DNA of 64,000 nt from positions 22,949 through 86,948 of the forward strand of contig JABRVW010000060.1 in NCBI GenBank assembly GCA_039961715.1, given 5' to 3'. Source of the DNA: Ignavibacterium sp. GTDB taxonomy: Bacteria > Bacteroidota > Ignavibacteria > UBA10030. The position numbers were made by a program, and so were the translations under genes. A model generated the notes under the pieces. That model did not search any database and had not been told where the DNA came from. It worked only from the letters and a program-made list of their open reading frames with translations. Of this stretch, positions 28,706-38,256 are shown piece after piece. How positions within the stretch are numbered: the first letter of the stretch is position 1; the number at the start of each line of letters is the position of its first letter.

Positions 28706-31700
28706 CTAGTAGGGTGAGACTCTGGGTTGAATCACGGCGAGCTTGAGCACCTTCGTTTCGCCAATGTCGGGCATTTCGACGTAACAGAGGTAGAGGCCGC
28801 TTGCAACCTGCCAGTTGTCCCTGTTTCGGAGATCCCATTCCAGGAATTGGGATGGGTCATTCTTTTCAAGAATGCGCACCAGATGTCCTGCAAGGTTGAA
28901 GATACGGATGGTGACACGCGGCGGGAGGTTGTTGAAGGTCACAAAACTCCGGTACAGGGTGGTTTCCTGCTCGCGGCCCGCGTAGTACGGATTGGGAAAC
29001 ACCCCCACGTTGCTCGCGGCGGCTTTCTGAATCTCAAGTCCCGATTGAACTGAAGGGGTCGTGAAGGAGTATGTATCGAGCGACGAGTTCCGTCGCGGAG
29101 CGACAATTCGAAAAATCGTACCTGTCTCGGGAAGCCCCTGCGGGACATTCGTGGGGAAAGAAGGATCACTCACGCTTCCCCCGTTCCAGAGCACCAGCAC
29201 CATTGGTGACAGAACCTGCTCCCCGGGGGAAGAAAGCCCTGATACCCAATCCTGGTATCCCGCATCTCCCGGTGCGGGATTTTGCGGCTGGTACCATGCA
29301 ATGGCCTCGGTTTCCGGGTCGTTGTCGCCGCCGGAAAACGTATGATCGATCGGGCGCAGATTGAACAGACCGTTGCCGTCTCCATCTGCAACAACCGGAA
29401 TCATCCGATAATCGTCACTGGCATCGCCGGGTGTGCCGCGGATATTCCAGAGTTCAAAGGGAACATCGATGGCCGGAGGACCGGGAGAGCCGTCGGCGGC
29501 TTTTCCTCCGGCCGCCGTAAACCGAAGTTCGAATTGGTTATCGAGAATTCTCGGCCAATTTGCGCCATTGTTGCCAATCCGGCTGAGGAACAGCGCATAC
29601 GTCATTGGCAGATTCCCTTCCTGAGGCACATGGATCCCCCATCCTTGCGAGGCGCTCAGTGCGGACGTTTGCTGGCGGGTCCCGTCAGGAATTCCATCCG
29701 TTGTAGAGGGGTGCGGGAACCCGTTAAAAGAGAACGCGGCATCTTCCGGCGGTGAAAGCACTCCCCCGCCGTTGGCCACGACGAGGAACTCCCTGAATTC
29801 CTCCGGAGCATCGGAAACTCTTACTTGAATGCCGTCGATGATCGGGAAAGAGCCATCGCTGGATTGATTCGTCCTTCCCGAAATCACGACATTTCCCAAC
29901 GTGGAGTTCTCGAGATCCCAAACGACGGTGTTTCCAACCGGGCGAAATCGCACAACGTAAGATGCGCCTGTGGTTGCAAGCGGATTCACGACAAGAGCGG
30001 AAACTGAGCCGTCGCTGGGGCCCGAGTGTGTTACCTGCAGGCTGTCTCCGAACGCGGCACCCGGAATGACTCCAAAGGGAATTCTCGGCTTGGCGGAGAC
30101 TCTGCCAGGCTGGGACTCAAATGAGCCCGGAAGGATTCCTGGTTCTGGCGAGTAATTATACGCGGTGACGGCAAAATGATACTCCTCCCCGTTGCGCAGT
30201 CGCCGGGGAACAAGGGAGTTCGTAAGGAGATCGCGCGAAACCGAGATGAACCGTTCCACACCACTGTCATTGCCCTTCTGCGTCAGAATGGGTCTGGCTT
30301 CTCCCGTTACGGGGTCGAATTGCATGCTGACAATGGACTTGATTCCGTTCTTCACGTCAAACGTGGCGATCTTGATTCCTTGAGAAACATCCGTTCCCGG
30401 TCCCGGAAGTTGGTACACGTTGTATCCTTCGAACCGATAGCTGCGCGCAATGACCTCGGTTTCCGTTGCCTCGGCCTGGCTTGAGGAACCCCATTCCAGA
30501 ATGATCTGGCCATCAAGTTCCGTGGCTCTGACAACGGGAGCTGTGGGCGCCCGCGGTACGGAAAAGAGACCTTTCTGGATTGTTTCAGAGAATCTCGCTG
30601 CTGCTTTCATGACTCCCACACTGGAAAGCCGGTCTGCTCCAAGCCCGAAGACCACGGAAACAATCACTTCCTGTGTGTCCCCGGAAGAAAGTCTGAAAGG
30701 ACCTGCGGAAACAAGAAATCTTCTGTCGCCGGGATGGAACGAATAGGAAGTGCCCAGGCCATCGAGGAAGCCGACTCCCGCGATCGGATCGCCGGACAAC
30801 GGAAACGGCGTGGGAGATACCCCGGGTGGGTGGGCATAGGGAATGTCTGCCGTGTTGAGTGTGCCCAGGGGGGCGTAGCCGCGGAGCATCTTCCACCACT
30901 GACCGGTGACGCTTGCATAACTACGGGACTCCCCCGCGGGAGGATCTGCGTACGGCGAACTCCCAAAGTACGCAAATGAAGTCATCGGGAGATTCTTTGC
31001 TCCCTGAACCACGCGAAACCCCTTGTAGCCTGAATCCGATGGTGATGGAACGAGAGGACCCTGGAGCATGCGGTATCCGACAGACGGCGGTGCTACACCG
31101 AAGTTTCTGAACGTTGCATCTTCGTCGTTGGAATTGTATCCGTAGCCCAGATTAAGGTCCACGTCGCATCCAATGACGTCATCAGAAAATGATCCAATGT
31201 CTGTGTCCACCCACTGCCCGACAAACATGCTGTCAATGGAGAACGATCCTCTCTGGGTCCCGGGAGCGGGGTCAACATCCACACCGCCTTTGTTGATGAT
31301 CTTGTATCGCGTGAAATAGATGTTTTGAAGAGGAAAACTTCCCCCGTACGCCCAGACTGTTTTCTGAATCTCGAGCCCCGTTGGTTTGGAATTCGCGAAA
31401 AGGTCGGATTGGCTCTCGTCGAGATCATTATAGATCATGAAGACAACCTGATCCGCGGGCGCATGCCCCTCGAGGTCGGCAATCCCGGGCTCGTCATATC
31501 TCCCGGTTCGGAGGCTGTCGAGGAGGTGCTCCGCAGGAAACGCAGGAGCCTGATAGCCGGGGAGGCCGTTGCGCTCAATGTAGGGAGCTCCGAGGTGAAC
31601 AGGCCACTCAGCCCAGTCCTTTTCGTACTGGTTGTAAACCGCCTGCATGTGAACATCTGTGACATTCACAACGGGGATCTCGTAAGTCCAGGCGGCTTCT

Positions 31701-32221
31701 CGTTGAAGCTCTCCAGTGTAGGTTCCTTGATTGATGAGCATCCCAAAATCCCGCCGGATCCGGTAGATTCTCACTTCCGGGGCCGACGGATTGGCGGGAA
31801 CTGCCGACGAGCCCAGACCGGTCACATGTCCACCCCTGGTTCCAACGCCGTACGTTCCTCCACCCACCCTCACTACCTGTTCACCTGCAGGCTGGGTGTA
31901 TGCGGGATCAAGATACATCTTCCCACCCCAGACAAACCCGTCCCGATACACCACGTTCCCTGTCCCCTTCGGAAAATAGGTTCCGTTGTCCCCGTTGGGC
32001 GATCTGTTGGAAAGCCCGTCGTTGCGAAACCATGCCGTCATGTTGCCGATGGTCAGCCCGTTGTACGAGGGAGTCCCGGTGCTCTTCGTCATCGCGACCT
32101 CATCCCGGCGTGCAGATTTGTCGGGTGTTTGCCCTTCGGCGATCGTCAGAATTCCGGATCCCGCGAGAGCGAGGATCCCCCTGCACGTCAACAATGTCAA
32201 CGAAGAATGCCGAAGATGCAT
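28706..32221 (-). CDS. Large secreted surface protein with T9SS C-terminal sorting domain (cargo)
   Basis: Signal peptide. FN3-like segment. C-terminus ...GLYLCYVEMPDIGETKVLKLAVIQ matches the Por/T9SS CTD pattern. 1171 aa. Start overlaps the upstream outer-membrane gene stop by 4 nt. Confidence 0.7.
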   Translation of the reverse strand: MHLRHSSLTLLTCRGILALAGSGILTIAEGQTPDKSARRDEVAMTKSTGTPSYNGLTIGNMTAWFRNDGLSNRSPNGDNGTYFPKGTGNVVYRDGFVWGGKMYLDPAYTQPAGEQVVRVGGGTYGVGTRGGHVTGLGSSAVPANPSAPEVRIYRIRRDFGMLINQGTYTGELQREAAWTYEIPVVNVTDVHMQAVYNQYEKDWAEWPVHLGAPYIERNGLPGYQAPAFPAEHLLDSLRTGRYDEPGIADLEGHAPADQVVFMIYNDLDESQSDLFANSKPTGLEIQKTVWAYGGSFPLQNIYFTRYKIINKGGVDVDPAPGTQRGSFSIDSMFVGQWVDTDIGSFSDDVIGCDVDLNLGYGYNSNDEDATFRNFGVAPPSVGYRMLQGPLVPSPSDSGYKGFRVVQGAKNLPMTSFAYFGSSPYADPPAGESRSYASVTGQWWKMLRGYAPLGTLNTADIPYAHPPGVSPTPFPLSGDPIAGVGFLDGLGTSYSFHPGDRRFLVSAGPFRLSSGDTQEVIVSVVFGLGADRLSSVGVMKAAARFSETIQKGLFSVPRAPTAPVVRATELDGQIILEWGSSSQAEATETEVIARSYRFEGYNVYQLPGPGTDVSQGIKIATFDVKNGIKSIVSMQFDPVTGEARPILTQKGNDSGVERFISVSRDLLTNSLVPRRLRNGEEYHFAVTAYNYSPEPGILPGSFESQPGRVSAKPRIPFGVIPGAAFGDSLQVTHSGPSDGSVSALVVNPLATTGASYVVRFRPVGNTVVWDLENSTLGNVVISGRTNQSSDGSFPIIDGIQVRVSDAPEEFREFLVVANGGGVLSPPEDAAFSFNGFPHPSTTDGIPDGTRQQTSALSASQGWGIHVPQEGNLPMTYALFLSRIGNNGANWPRILDNQFELRFTAAGGKAADGSPGPPAIDVPFELWNIRGTPGDASDDYRMIPVVADGDGNGLFNLRPIDHTFSGGDNDPETEAIAWYQPQNPAPGDAGYQDWVSGLSSPGEQVLSPMVLVLWNGGSVSDPSFPTNVPQGLPETGTIFRIVAPRRNSSLDTYSFTTPSVQSGLEIQKAAASNVGVFPNPYYAGREQETTLYRSFVTFNNLPPRVTIRIFNLAGHLVRILEKNDPSQFLEWDLRNRDNWQVASGLYLCYVEMPDIGETKVLKLAVIQPRVSPY

Positions 32222-32223
32222 GA

Positions 32224-35200
32224 TCAGTACCTCACAGTAAGTCCAAGCCGGATCTGCCGGGGAGTTCCGTAAATATCGTTGCCCGTTGCGTTCATATAAG
32301 CCCAGCGATTATCAAGAATGACGGTTCGGTAGAATTCTTCATAGAGAGGAAGCGCCTTGTAAGGCTCCGCCCCTGTCTGCTGGAGCCATCCATCATCGTT
32401 CGGGTGGCCCGTTGTCGGAAAGACGTTCAGAACGTGCTTTCGGTCAAAGAGATTCAAAATATCCAAAACCAATTCGATGGTCAGCGGCGAAAAGAAGAAC
32501 GATTTTCTGAATCGAAGATCGAAATTGTAATACCATGGGGTGGTGACTTCATTCTGGAATGACGTGGAGGTTGCGCTGCGGTAGTCGGTCAGGACGCGGA
32601 CACCGACATTCCAGGGGCTGGCCGTACCCAGGAACAAAGGAGGGGCAAGTGCCGTGTATCTCTGACCGCTCCGGAAGCTGAAGATGAGGGAAAGCGACGT
32701 GCCTGCAAGAAATGATTCATCATCGTGAGGCACGATAAATCTCCCAATCATGGTTCCCCGATGCGTCTGATCATAGTCGGCTGGAATCAGCGATTCGGGA
32801 TATTGACGGATTGAAAAATCGTCGGACACATAACGCCAATCATGGGGATCAAATATCCTTCCCTCAGTTCTTGAATACGTGTACCAAACACCTGCCGAAA
32901 TGTATCGGCCAAGAGGGATGTCGGCCGAGAACTCCAATCCCGACGAAACTCCCTTCCCACCGTTCCGAAGAGCCACAAAGATCGGAGTTCCCGCTGAGTT
33001 TGCGACCTGCTCCAATTGGAGTTGGTTGTCCATGGATTTCCGGTAGTACGCCATTTTCAGGGAAATACCGGAATCCAGGAAATGGTCGAGTCCCGCCTCA
33101 AAGTGTTGTGACCTTTCCGGTTCAGCCATGAAGGGAATCGCAGACGCGCCGAGGTTGTACGGCACGCGCGCAAACGGATCCATCCGGGTGCTCAATGTCA
33201 CGTTGTGCATGTACAAATCCTCCAGCTTACGGAGCTGTACATACGATCCATAGGCGACACGTGCCATTGTGCGTTTCGAGGGAGCAAACGTGATTCCGAT
33301 GCGGGGAAGAACATACTCATAGGCCGGTGTCTTGGTCAGGGCATCTTCGATGAGCATATCGAGGTTCCCGTCGAACGGCACCTCCTGCCAATCTTCCTGG
33401 CCGGTTGAAGGATTGACGGTTCTTGGGACGGCGGTCAGGTCGGCATCGATCGACTCATATCGGAGGCCGACGTCGATCGTTGCCACATCAAACGTCAGGA
33501 GATTTCGCACATATATTGATCCAAAGTCCGGCCGAATCGGTCCGTCAGGACCGTCGTTTACTTCAACCGATGGATCGTCGTACCGGTACCCGGCGGTTGC
33601 GATGTCACCTGTGCGCATCAGCCGTATGCGTCGTTCCTGTTCAAACGTGGAAGAAAGCCAGGGACTCATCATGAACGACCGGATGTTCTGTATGCGGTAC
33701 AATCGCATGGTCCACAGGGATAGCCTTCCGCCCGCCTCCACGCGCCATTCGTCAAGGACCTGATGCTTCACGCCGGCTGAGAATTCGAGCGAGGATTGAT
33801 TCTCTCGCGTGTAGGAGTTGTTTGGAGTCGAGGGATGATCTATGCCAAAGTTGAAGACGACGCTGTAGGACGGCGGGGGGAAGTATCGTGAAAAGAATCC
33901 CCCATACCCGAGTTGTGCGTTGGCAAGGCTGTCGGTATAGACGCGGAAGTTGTGACGGAAATCGGGATCGTAGATACGATGGAAACGATCATACCATGCA
34001 ACGGAAACATCCGCGCGGGTCTTGGGGGTAAGGTGCACCCCCGCCTTCAACGCGGCGAAACGGGTTGTAGCCTTGTTGAGAGGATTGCGGTCCTGCACGA
34101 AGATACGCCGGAGCGCATCCGGCCACCGGCCCCCCTCGGGATGGACCTCGTTTCTGTAACTGCCTATGAGTGTAAGATCAACTCCGGCGACGGAGAACGC
34201 AACGTTCCCCTGAACGGTTGTCCGTTCCAGCCAGTTGCCGGGGAGATGGTTTCGTGCAATAGCAACGGGACCGGGAAGATGTGTCCCCGGGGGATATGAC
34301 CCCAAATCGTCCGTCACAAGGTCATACCGAAAAGGAGCAAGAAACATGGGATCGCGATCTCGGAGGAAAATGTACTCCCCCGCTACAAAGAACCTGGCTG
34401 CTTCAAGAGGGAGCGGCCCATCGACGGTCGCAGCCACATTCTTGTAACCGAATGGAGAGGTGCCGGCGAATTGCTTTCCCGGCGGAGCAAAATCGTCTCC
34501 GCGCAGGTCAACGAACACGTTCAACCGCTCTCCTCCGGTTTTCATCCTGCTTACGACGGTTCCGCCACCCCATGATCCCAGGGAAGCTCCGTAAGCGCCC
34601 GAATGCAATTCAATCGACTCGATTGCTTCCGGCAGAAGCGGTACACCCTCCTCGTTGGTGAAGGGGTTGAGCACGCTGATGTCTTCGAGCAGGTATCCGG
34701 TCTCTCCGTCCCGGCTTCCTCGAATGTGAAGACCGCCGTTTACGGATGATACGCCGTTGAGGAACGGGAGATACTCATCCGTTCCCCTGTGCGGAACATC
34801 GCGAATGTATTGTGCATCCAGAACGTGAATCGTCCAGGCTTCTTTGTCCGGTTCTTTCAGGTCGTTCGGCGGGGGCACGCTGTCCGTGAGGTGCCTGACC
34901 GGCCCGGGCTTCGCAATCTCCCCATCCGTGCCCCGGGGAACTTCCTCTGTTTCCGCGGTGTCGCCTGAGAAGGGTTCGATTCGGGGTGGAACGCTGATGG
35001 AACCCTCGGAGCGCAGGTGCCCCAGCAACGAACCCGAGCGCTCATCCCCGAGACCGAAAGCTTCGGTCAGATAAGAGCCCGCACCCGCAGGGTTGCCAGA
35101 AGCAGCCTCTGTGAAGGCAAGATTCCGGAGGATGTGTCTGCTGACCTGCCGATGAGCATTGTCTGCGGAGAGAATGCCGGCAGCTGTCTTGAAATGCTTT

Positions 35201-35664
35201 CTTGCACTGTTGTACTCTCCCTCGTTGAATGCCATCACTCCGAGGGCCTCTTCCCGTGATGCGAACTCACGCATGAGGTCAAGACGCTCGTCCGAAAAAC
35301 CTTCATCGTGACTCAGACATTCCAAAAGAGCAATGTTCATACTGTCGTATTCGGCGAGTCGTCCGTGCGCATACGCCAGCCAGTAGTATGCCTGCGCGCG
35401 TCGCAGGGGCAGTGTGGGGTTGTCGTCGCGTACGCTGTACTCATCGAGGAGTCTTTGCATCAGCTGCTTCGCCTGTACGAAATCTCCGTCGGCAATCAAC
35501 TGGTCGAACTCGGCGTTTCGCGCTGATGAACAGGCGAGAAGGATCGCAGATACGACAAGGAGGAACCCTCGCCCCACGGCCTGAAGGAGGATTGTAGGAA
35601 TAAAGGGATGTTGAGCGGCGGGAAAAGCGGAGCCGGGTGACGGCCCAAAAGGACAAACTATCAT
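32224..35664 (-). CDS. TonB-dependent-receptor-like outer-membrane protein with N-terminal TPR-like extension
   Basis: Plug-like region ...GGLHIRGSRDGETGYLLEDISVLNPF. Long Gly/aromatic-rich beta-barrel region. C-terminal ...LGLTVRY. About 250-aa helical TPR-like N-terminal region. The true start may be an internal or non-ATG codon. Confidence 0.5.
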   Translation of the reverse strand: MIVCPFGPSPGSAFPAAQHPFIPTILLQAVGRGFLLVVSAILLACSSARNAEFDQLIADGDFVQAKQLMQRLLDEYSVRDDNPTLPLRRAQAYYWLAYAHGRLAEYDSMNIALLECLSHDEGFSDERLDLMREFASREEALGVMAFNEGEYNSARKHFKTAAGILSADNAHRQVSRHILRNLAFTEAASGNPAGAGSYLTEAFGLGDERSGSLLGHLRSEGSISVPPRIEPFSGDTAETEEVPRGTDGEIAKPGPVRHLTDSVPPPNDLKEPDKEAWTIHVLDAQYIRDVPHRGTDEYLPFLNGVSSVNGGLHIRGSRDGETGYLLEDISVLNPFTNEEGVPLLPEAIESIELHSGAYGASLGSWGGGTVVSRMKTGGERLNVFVDLRGDDFAPPGKQFAGTSPFGYKNVAATVDGPLPLEAARFFVAGEYIFLRDRDPMFLAPFRYDLVTDDLGSYPPGTHLPGPVAIARNHLPGNWLERTTVQGNVAFSVAGVDLTLIGSYRNEVHPEGGRWPDALRRIFVQDRNPLNKATTRFAALKAGVHLTPKTRADVSVAWYDRFHRIYDPDFRHNFRVYTDSLANAQLGYGGFFSRYFPPPSYSVVFNFGIDHPSTPNNSYTRENQSSLEFSAGVKHQVLDEWRVEAGGRLSLWTMRLYRIQNIRSFMMSPWLSSTFEQERRIRLMRTGDIATAGYRYDDPSVEVNDGPDGPIRPDFGSIYVRNLLTFDVATIDVGLRYESIDADLTAVPRTVNPSTGQEDWQEVPFDGNLDMLIEDALTKTPAYEYVLPRIGITFAPSKRTMARVAYGSYVQLRKLEDLYMHNVTLSTRMDPFARVPYNLGASAIPFMAEPERSQHFEAGLDHFLDSGISLKMAYYRKSMDNQLQLEQVANSAGTPIFVALRNGGKGVSSGLEFSADIPLGRYISAGVWYTYSRTEGRIFDPHDWRYVSDDFSIRQYPESLIPADYDQTHRGTMIGRFIVPHDDESFLAGTSLSLIFSFRSGQRYTALAPPLFLGTASPWNVGVRVLTDYRSATSTSFQNEVTTPWYYNFDLRFRKSFFFSPLTIELVLDILNLFDRKHVLNVFPTTGHPNDDGWLQQTGAEPYKALPLYEEFYRTVILDNRWAYMNATGNDIYGTPRQIRLGLTVRY

Positions 35665-35718
35665 GAGCCCCCTACTATTTCATGAGTGTTGGTGTTGTGC
35701 CGTTGTTTTTGTAGCGGA

Positions 35719-38208
35719 TTAGTATGAAAGTCGCTGAATAGTTTCGATGGCGAGACGAGCGGCATGTCGAATGTCGCTGTCCCCATTGTAAGCAGCAACT
35801 TCCTCAAGGGCAGGAAGCGCCTCGCGCACTCCAAGCTGCGCAAGAATCTCAATGGCTGTAAGACGTACGGGCAAAATATCATTCCTCGCAAACGATGTCA
35901 AGCGATTTATCAACTGTAGGTCGGCGGGTGCACAGGCGGCCCAGGTGGTCAGCGCCTGCTGGCGAACAGCGTAGTGGTAGCGAGTGTCAGCAAATCGGCG
36001 CGCATGAGGGACGAATTGCGTTCTGTGAGGGACGAAATGCACGTCGGCGAGAATCTCCATCGCTTTCAGCGCGGCGATGCGTTTAACGTCATACCACGAA
36101 CGGCTGGCCGCAAAACGCTCGAGCAACTCCATCGACAGTGCTCCATCAATCTTCGCGAGAGACACAAGGGCCGTCGCAGCAATATCATCGCTGGTGTCCG
36201 CTTGCGCCACAAGCCGCAGGCGTTCTCGGGCCCGATCCGTGTACCGTGCACCAAGGGCAATGACGGCGGATTTTCGGATATGCTCCTCTTCTGCCCCCAG
36301 GTGCGAGAGGAGAATCTCCTCGGCGTCGGAGGACCCAATCGTTCGGAGCCGGGCGACCGCTTCCGCCTTCACAATCCAGTGTGCATCGCTCTCCAGAAGA
36401 TTCCGCACTGCGGCAACCACGGCGGGATCGGTCGGATGATCCGCCACAAGCTGCTCCAGAGCAAACATTCGCCCCGGAATCTCGTCGTTGAGGACCTGAT
36501 AGAGAAGTTCCCCGATTGGCTTCTTATGCCGGATCTCTGCAACGAGCGCGCCACGTCCGTCAAAACTGACCATGTCGGGGACCCCGGTAACGTCAAAATG
36601 ATAGGTTTCTTCGGCCTCATCAACCCACACAACCTGCCGTTGAACTTTTCCCGCGGCATCGATTCGGATCTCGACGGGAAGCCAGAACAGATCCTGGCCT
36701 TCAACGAAAGGTTGTATCTGCTGAACCTTCACCTCAACCTTCTTTCTGCCGGGGATGAATCGGGACTGAACTTCAAAGACCGGGTGCCCGCCGCCCCACA
36801 TCCATTGTTCGAAAAAGTACTGCAGGTTGACCCCGGTCGCCTCTTCGATGGCCTTCTTGAGATCCGCACTCTCCACGTTCGAGAATTTGTGCTTGTTCTG
36901 AAAATGAGAAAGAGCCCGAAAGAACGCCTCGTCGCCAAGAATCCAGCGCATCATGTGGAGAACGATGGCTCCTTTCAGGTATGTGGTCTCTGAATTGTAG
37001 ATCTGCGACCTGCTGTCGAAGAAGCGGTATTCAAGAGGACGGATGATATGCGAGGAGGAGACGTACTTCAGATACGCTTGCCGGGCCAGCCAGGTCGAGG
37101 CCTGAAGTTCCTCAGCGCCCAGGCGGTGTTCATCCCAGAGCATCATGAGATACGATGCGAAACTCTCATTGATCCAGATGTTGGCAAGGTTGGTGCACGT
37201 GGTGTTGTTCCCGAACCAATGATGCGCGAGCTCGTGGGAGATCAGGGTTTCAGTGGTCCAGTTCGTGGCGTATGATTCAAAGTCAGGGTTGAATTCCTGC
37301 GTTTGCCCCGGTGCGCGAAGGATTCGGTCGTTATGCCCGGTGATGCCGGTGTTCTCCATGGCGCCGATGGCGTAGTCGTAGGCCGATACCTGGTCGTACT
37401 TGTCCCACGGATACCTGAAATTAAACCTCTCCGAAAAGAACTCCACCATGTCCGGAGTTCGCTCGAATACGGTGGCGGCATCCCGCTCCTGTCCGGGATG
37501 AACCCACACGCTGAGGGGGATTGTGCCGAACGCGGGGCGAAGAGGTACCTCCCGGTAATCGCCTACAAACAACGCGATGAGATAGTTGGAATGGGGAAGG
37601 GTCTGCGACCAGTGGAATGTTCGCGTTCCGTCGCTGTTCTCCGTGGTTTTCAGAAGCCTGCCGTTGGAGAGAGCCACATGGGGTTTGGTCACCGTCGCCA
37701 CGATTTCGGTGGAAAACTTGTCGTTATTGCCGTTGTAGATCGGGAGCCAATTGGCGTGAATGCCGCCTTCGCCATAGGTGAAAATGGCCGGCTGGTTGTT
37801 CGTACCAGGACAGGCATCGATGAAGTACATGCCGGCCGTCGGCACGGCGCTGTATTCAACAACGAACGACACTGTATCGGTCGGCCGGAAAGTCTCACCC
37901 AGTTGAATGGTGAGGGAAACCGTGTCGGAAGAGAACTTCAAGGGGGTGCCCGAAGATGCATCGCGTACGCGCCGAACATTCAGCCGGTAGGCGTCAAGTG
38001 TCACCGAGCTTGCCTGGAGAAGAGGGCGCAGGGTGAGCGTGGCGTTACCCCCCACACTCCGTGTCTTCCAGTCGACTCGAAGCTCCGCCTTGTAGTGGAT
38101 CAAATCATACGAGCGCTCGCGGTTCGGATGGTAGGTTCCGGTGGGAAGCTGTTGCGCCTGAAGAGTCAGCGGGGCGCCAATGGCAAGAGCGAGAAGAATT
38201 CTTTTCAT
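35719..38208 (-). CDS. M1 aminopeptidase N family protein with C-terminal HEAT/ARM repeats, secreted
   Basis: Signal peptide MKRILLALAIGAPLTLQAQ. GAMEN motif (AIGAMENTG). HELAH x18 E zinc site. C-terminal 250 aa helical repeat region. Confidence 0.8.
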   Translation of the reverse strand: MKRILLALAIGAPLTLQAQQLPTGTYHPNRERSYDLIHYKAELRVDWKTRSVGGNATLTLRPLLQASSVTLDAYRLNVRRVRDASSGTPLKFSSDTVSLTIQLGETFRPTDTVSFVVEYSAVPTAGMYFIDACPGTNNQPAIFTYGEGGIHANWLPIYNGNNDKFSTEIVATVTKPHVALSNGRLLKTTENSDGTRTFHWSQTLPHSNYLIALFVGDYREVPLRPAFGTIPLSVWVHPGQERDAATVFERTPDMVEFFSERFNFRYPWDKYDQVSAYDYAIGAMENTGITGHNDRILRAPGQTQEFNPDFESYATNWTTETLISHELAHHWFGNNTTCTNLANIWINESFASYLMMLWDEHRLGAEELQASTWLARQAYLKYVSSSHIIRPLEYRFFDSRSQIYNSETTYLKGAIVLHMMRWILGDEAFFRALSHFQNKHKFSNVESADLKKAIEEATGVNLQYFFEQWMWGGGHPVFEVQSRFIPGRKKVEVKVQQIQPFVEGQDLFWLPVEIRIDAAGKVQRQVVWVDEAEETYHFDVTGVPDMVSFDGRGALVAEIRHKKPIGELLYQVLNDEIPGRMFALEQLVADHPTDPAVVAAVRNLLESDAHWIVKAEAVARLRTIGSSDAEEILLSHLGAEEEHIRKSAVIALGARYTDRARERLRLVAQADTSDDIAATALVSLAKIDGALSMELLERFAASRSWYDVKRIAALKAMEILADVHFVPHRTQFVPHARRFADTRYHYAVRQQALTTWAACAPADLQLINRLTSFARNDILPVRLTAIEILAQLGVREALPALEEVAAYNGDSDIRHAARLAIETIQRLSY

Positions 38209-38256
38209 CGGAGGTATCCGGTACGATGTCAGGAGGTACGGAGAACAAACGAGATA

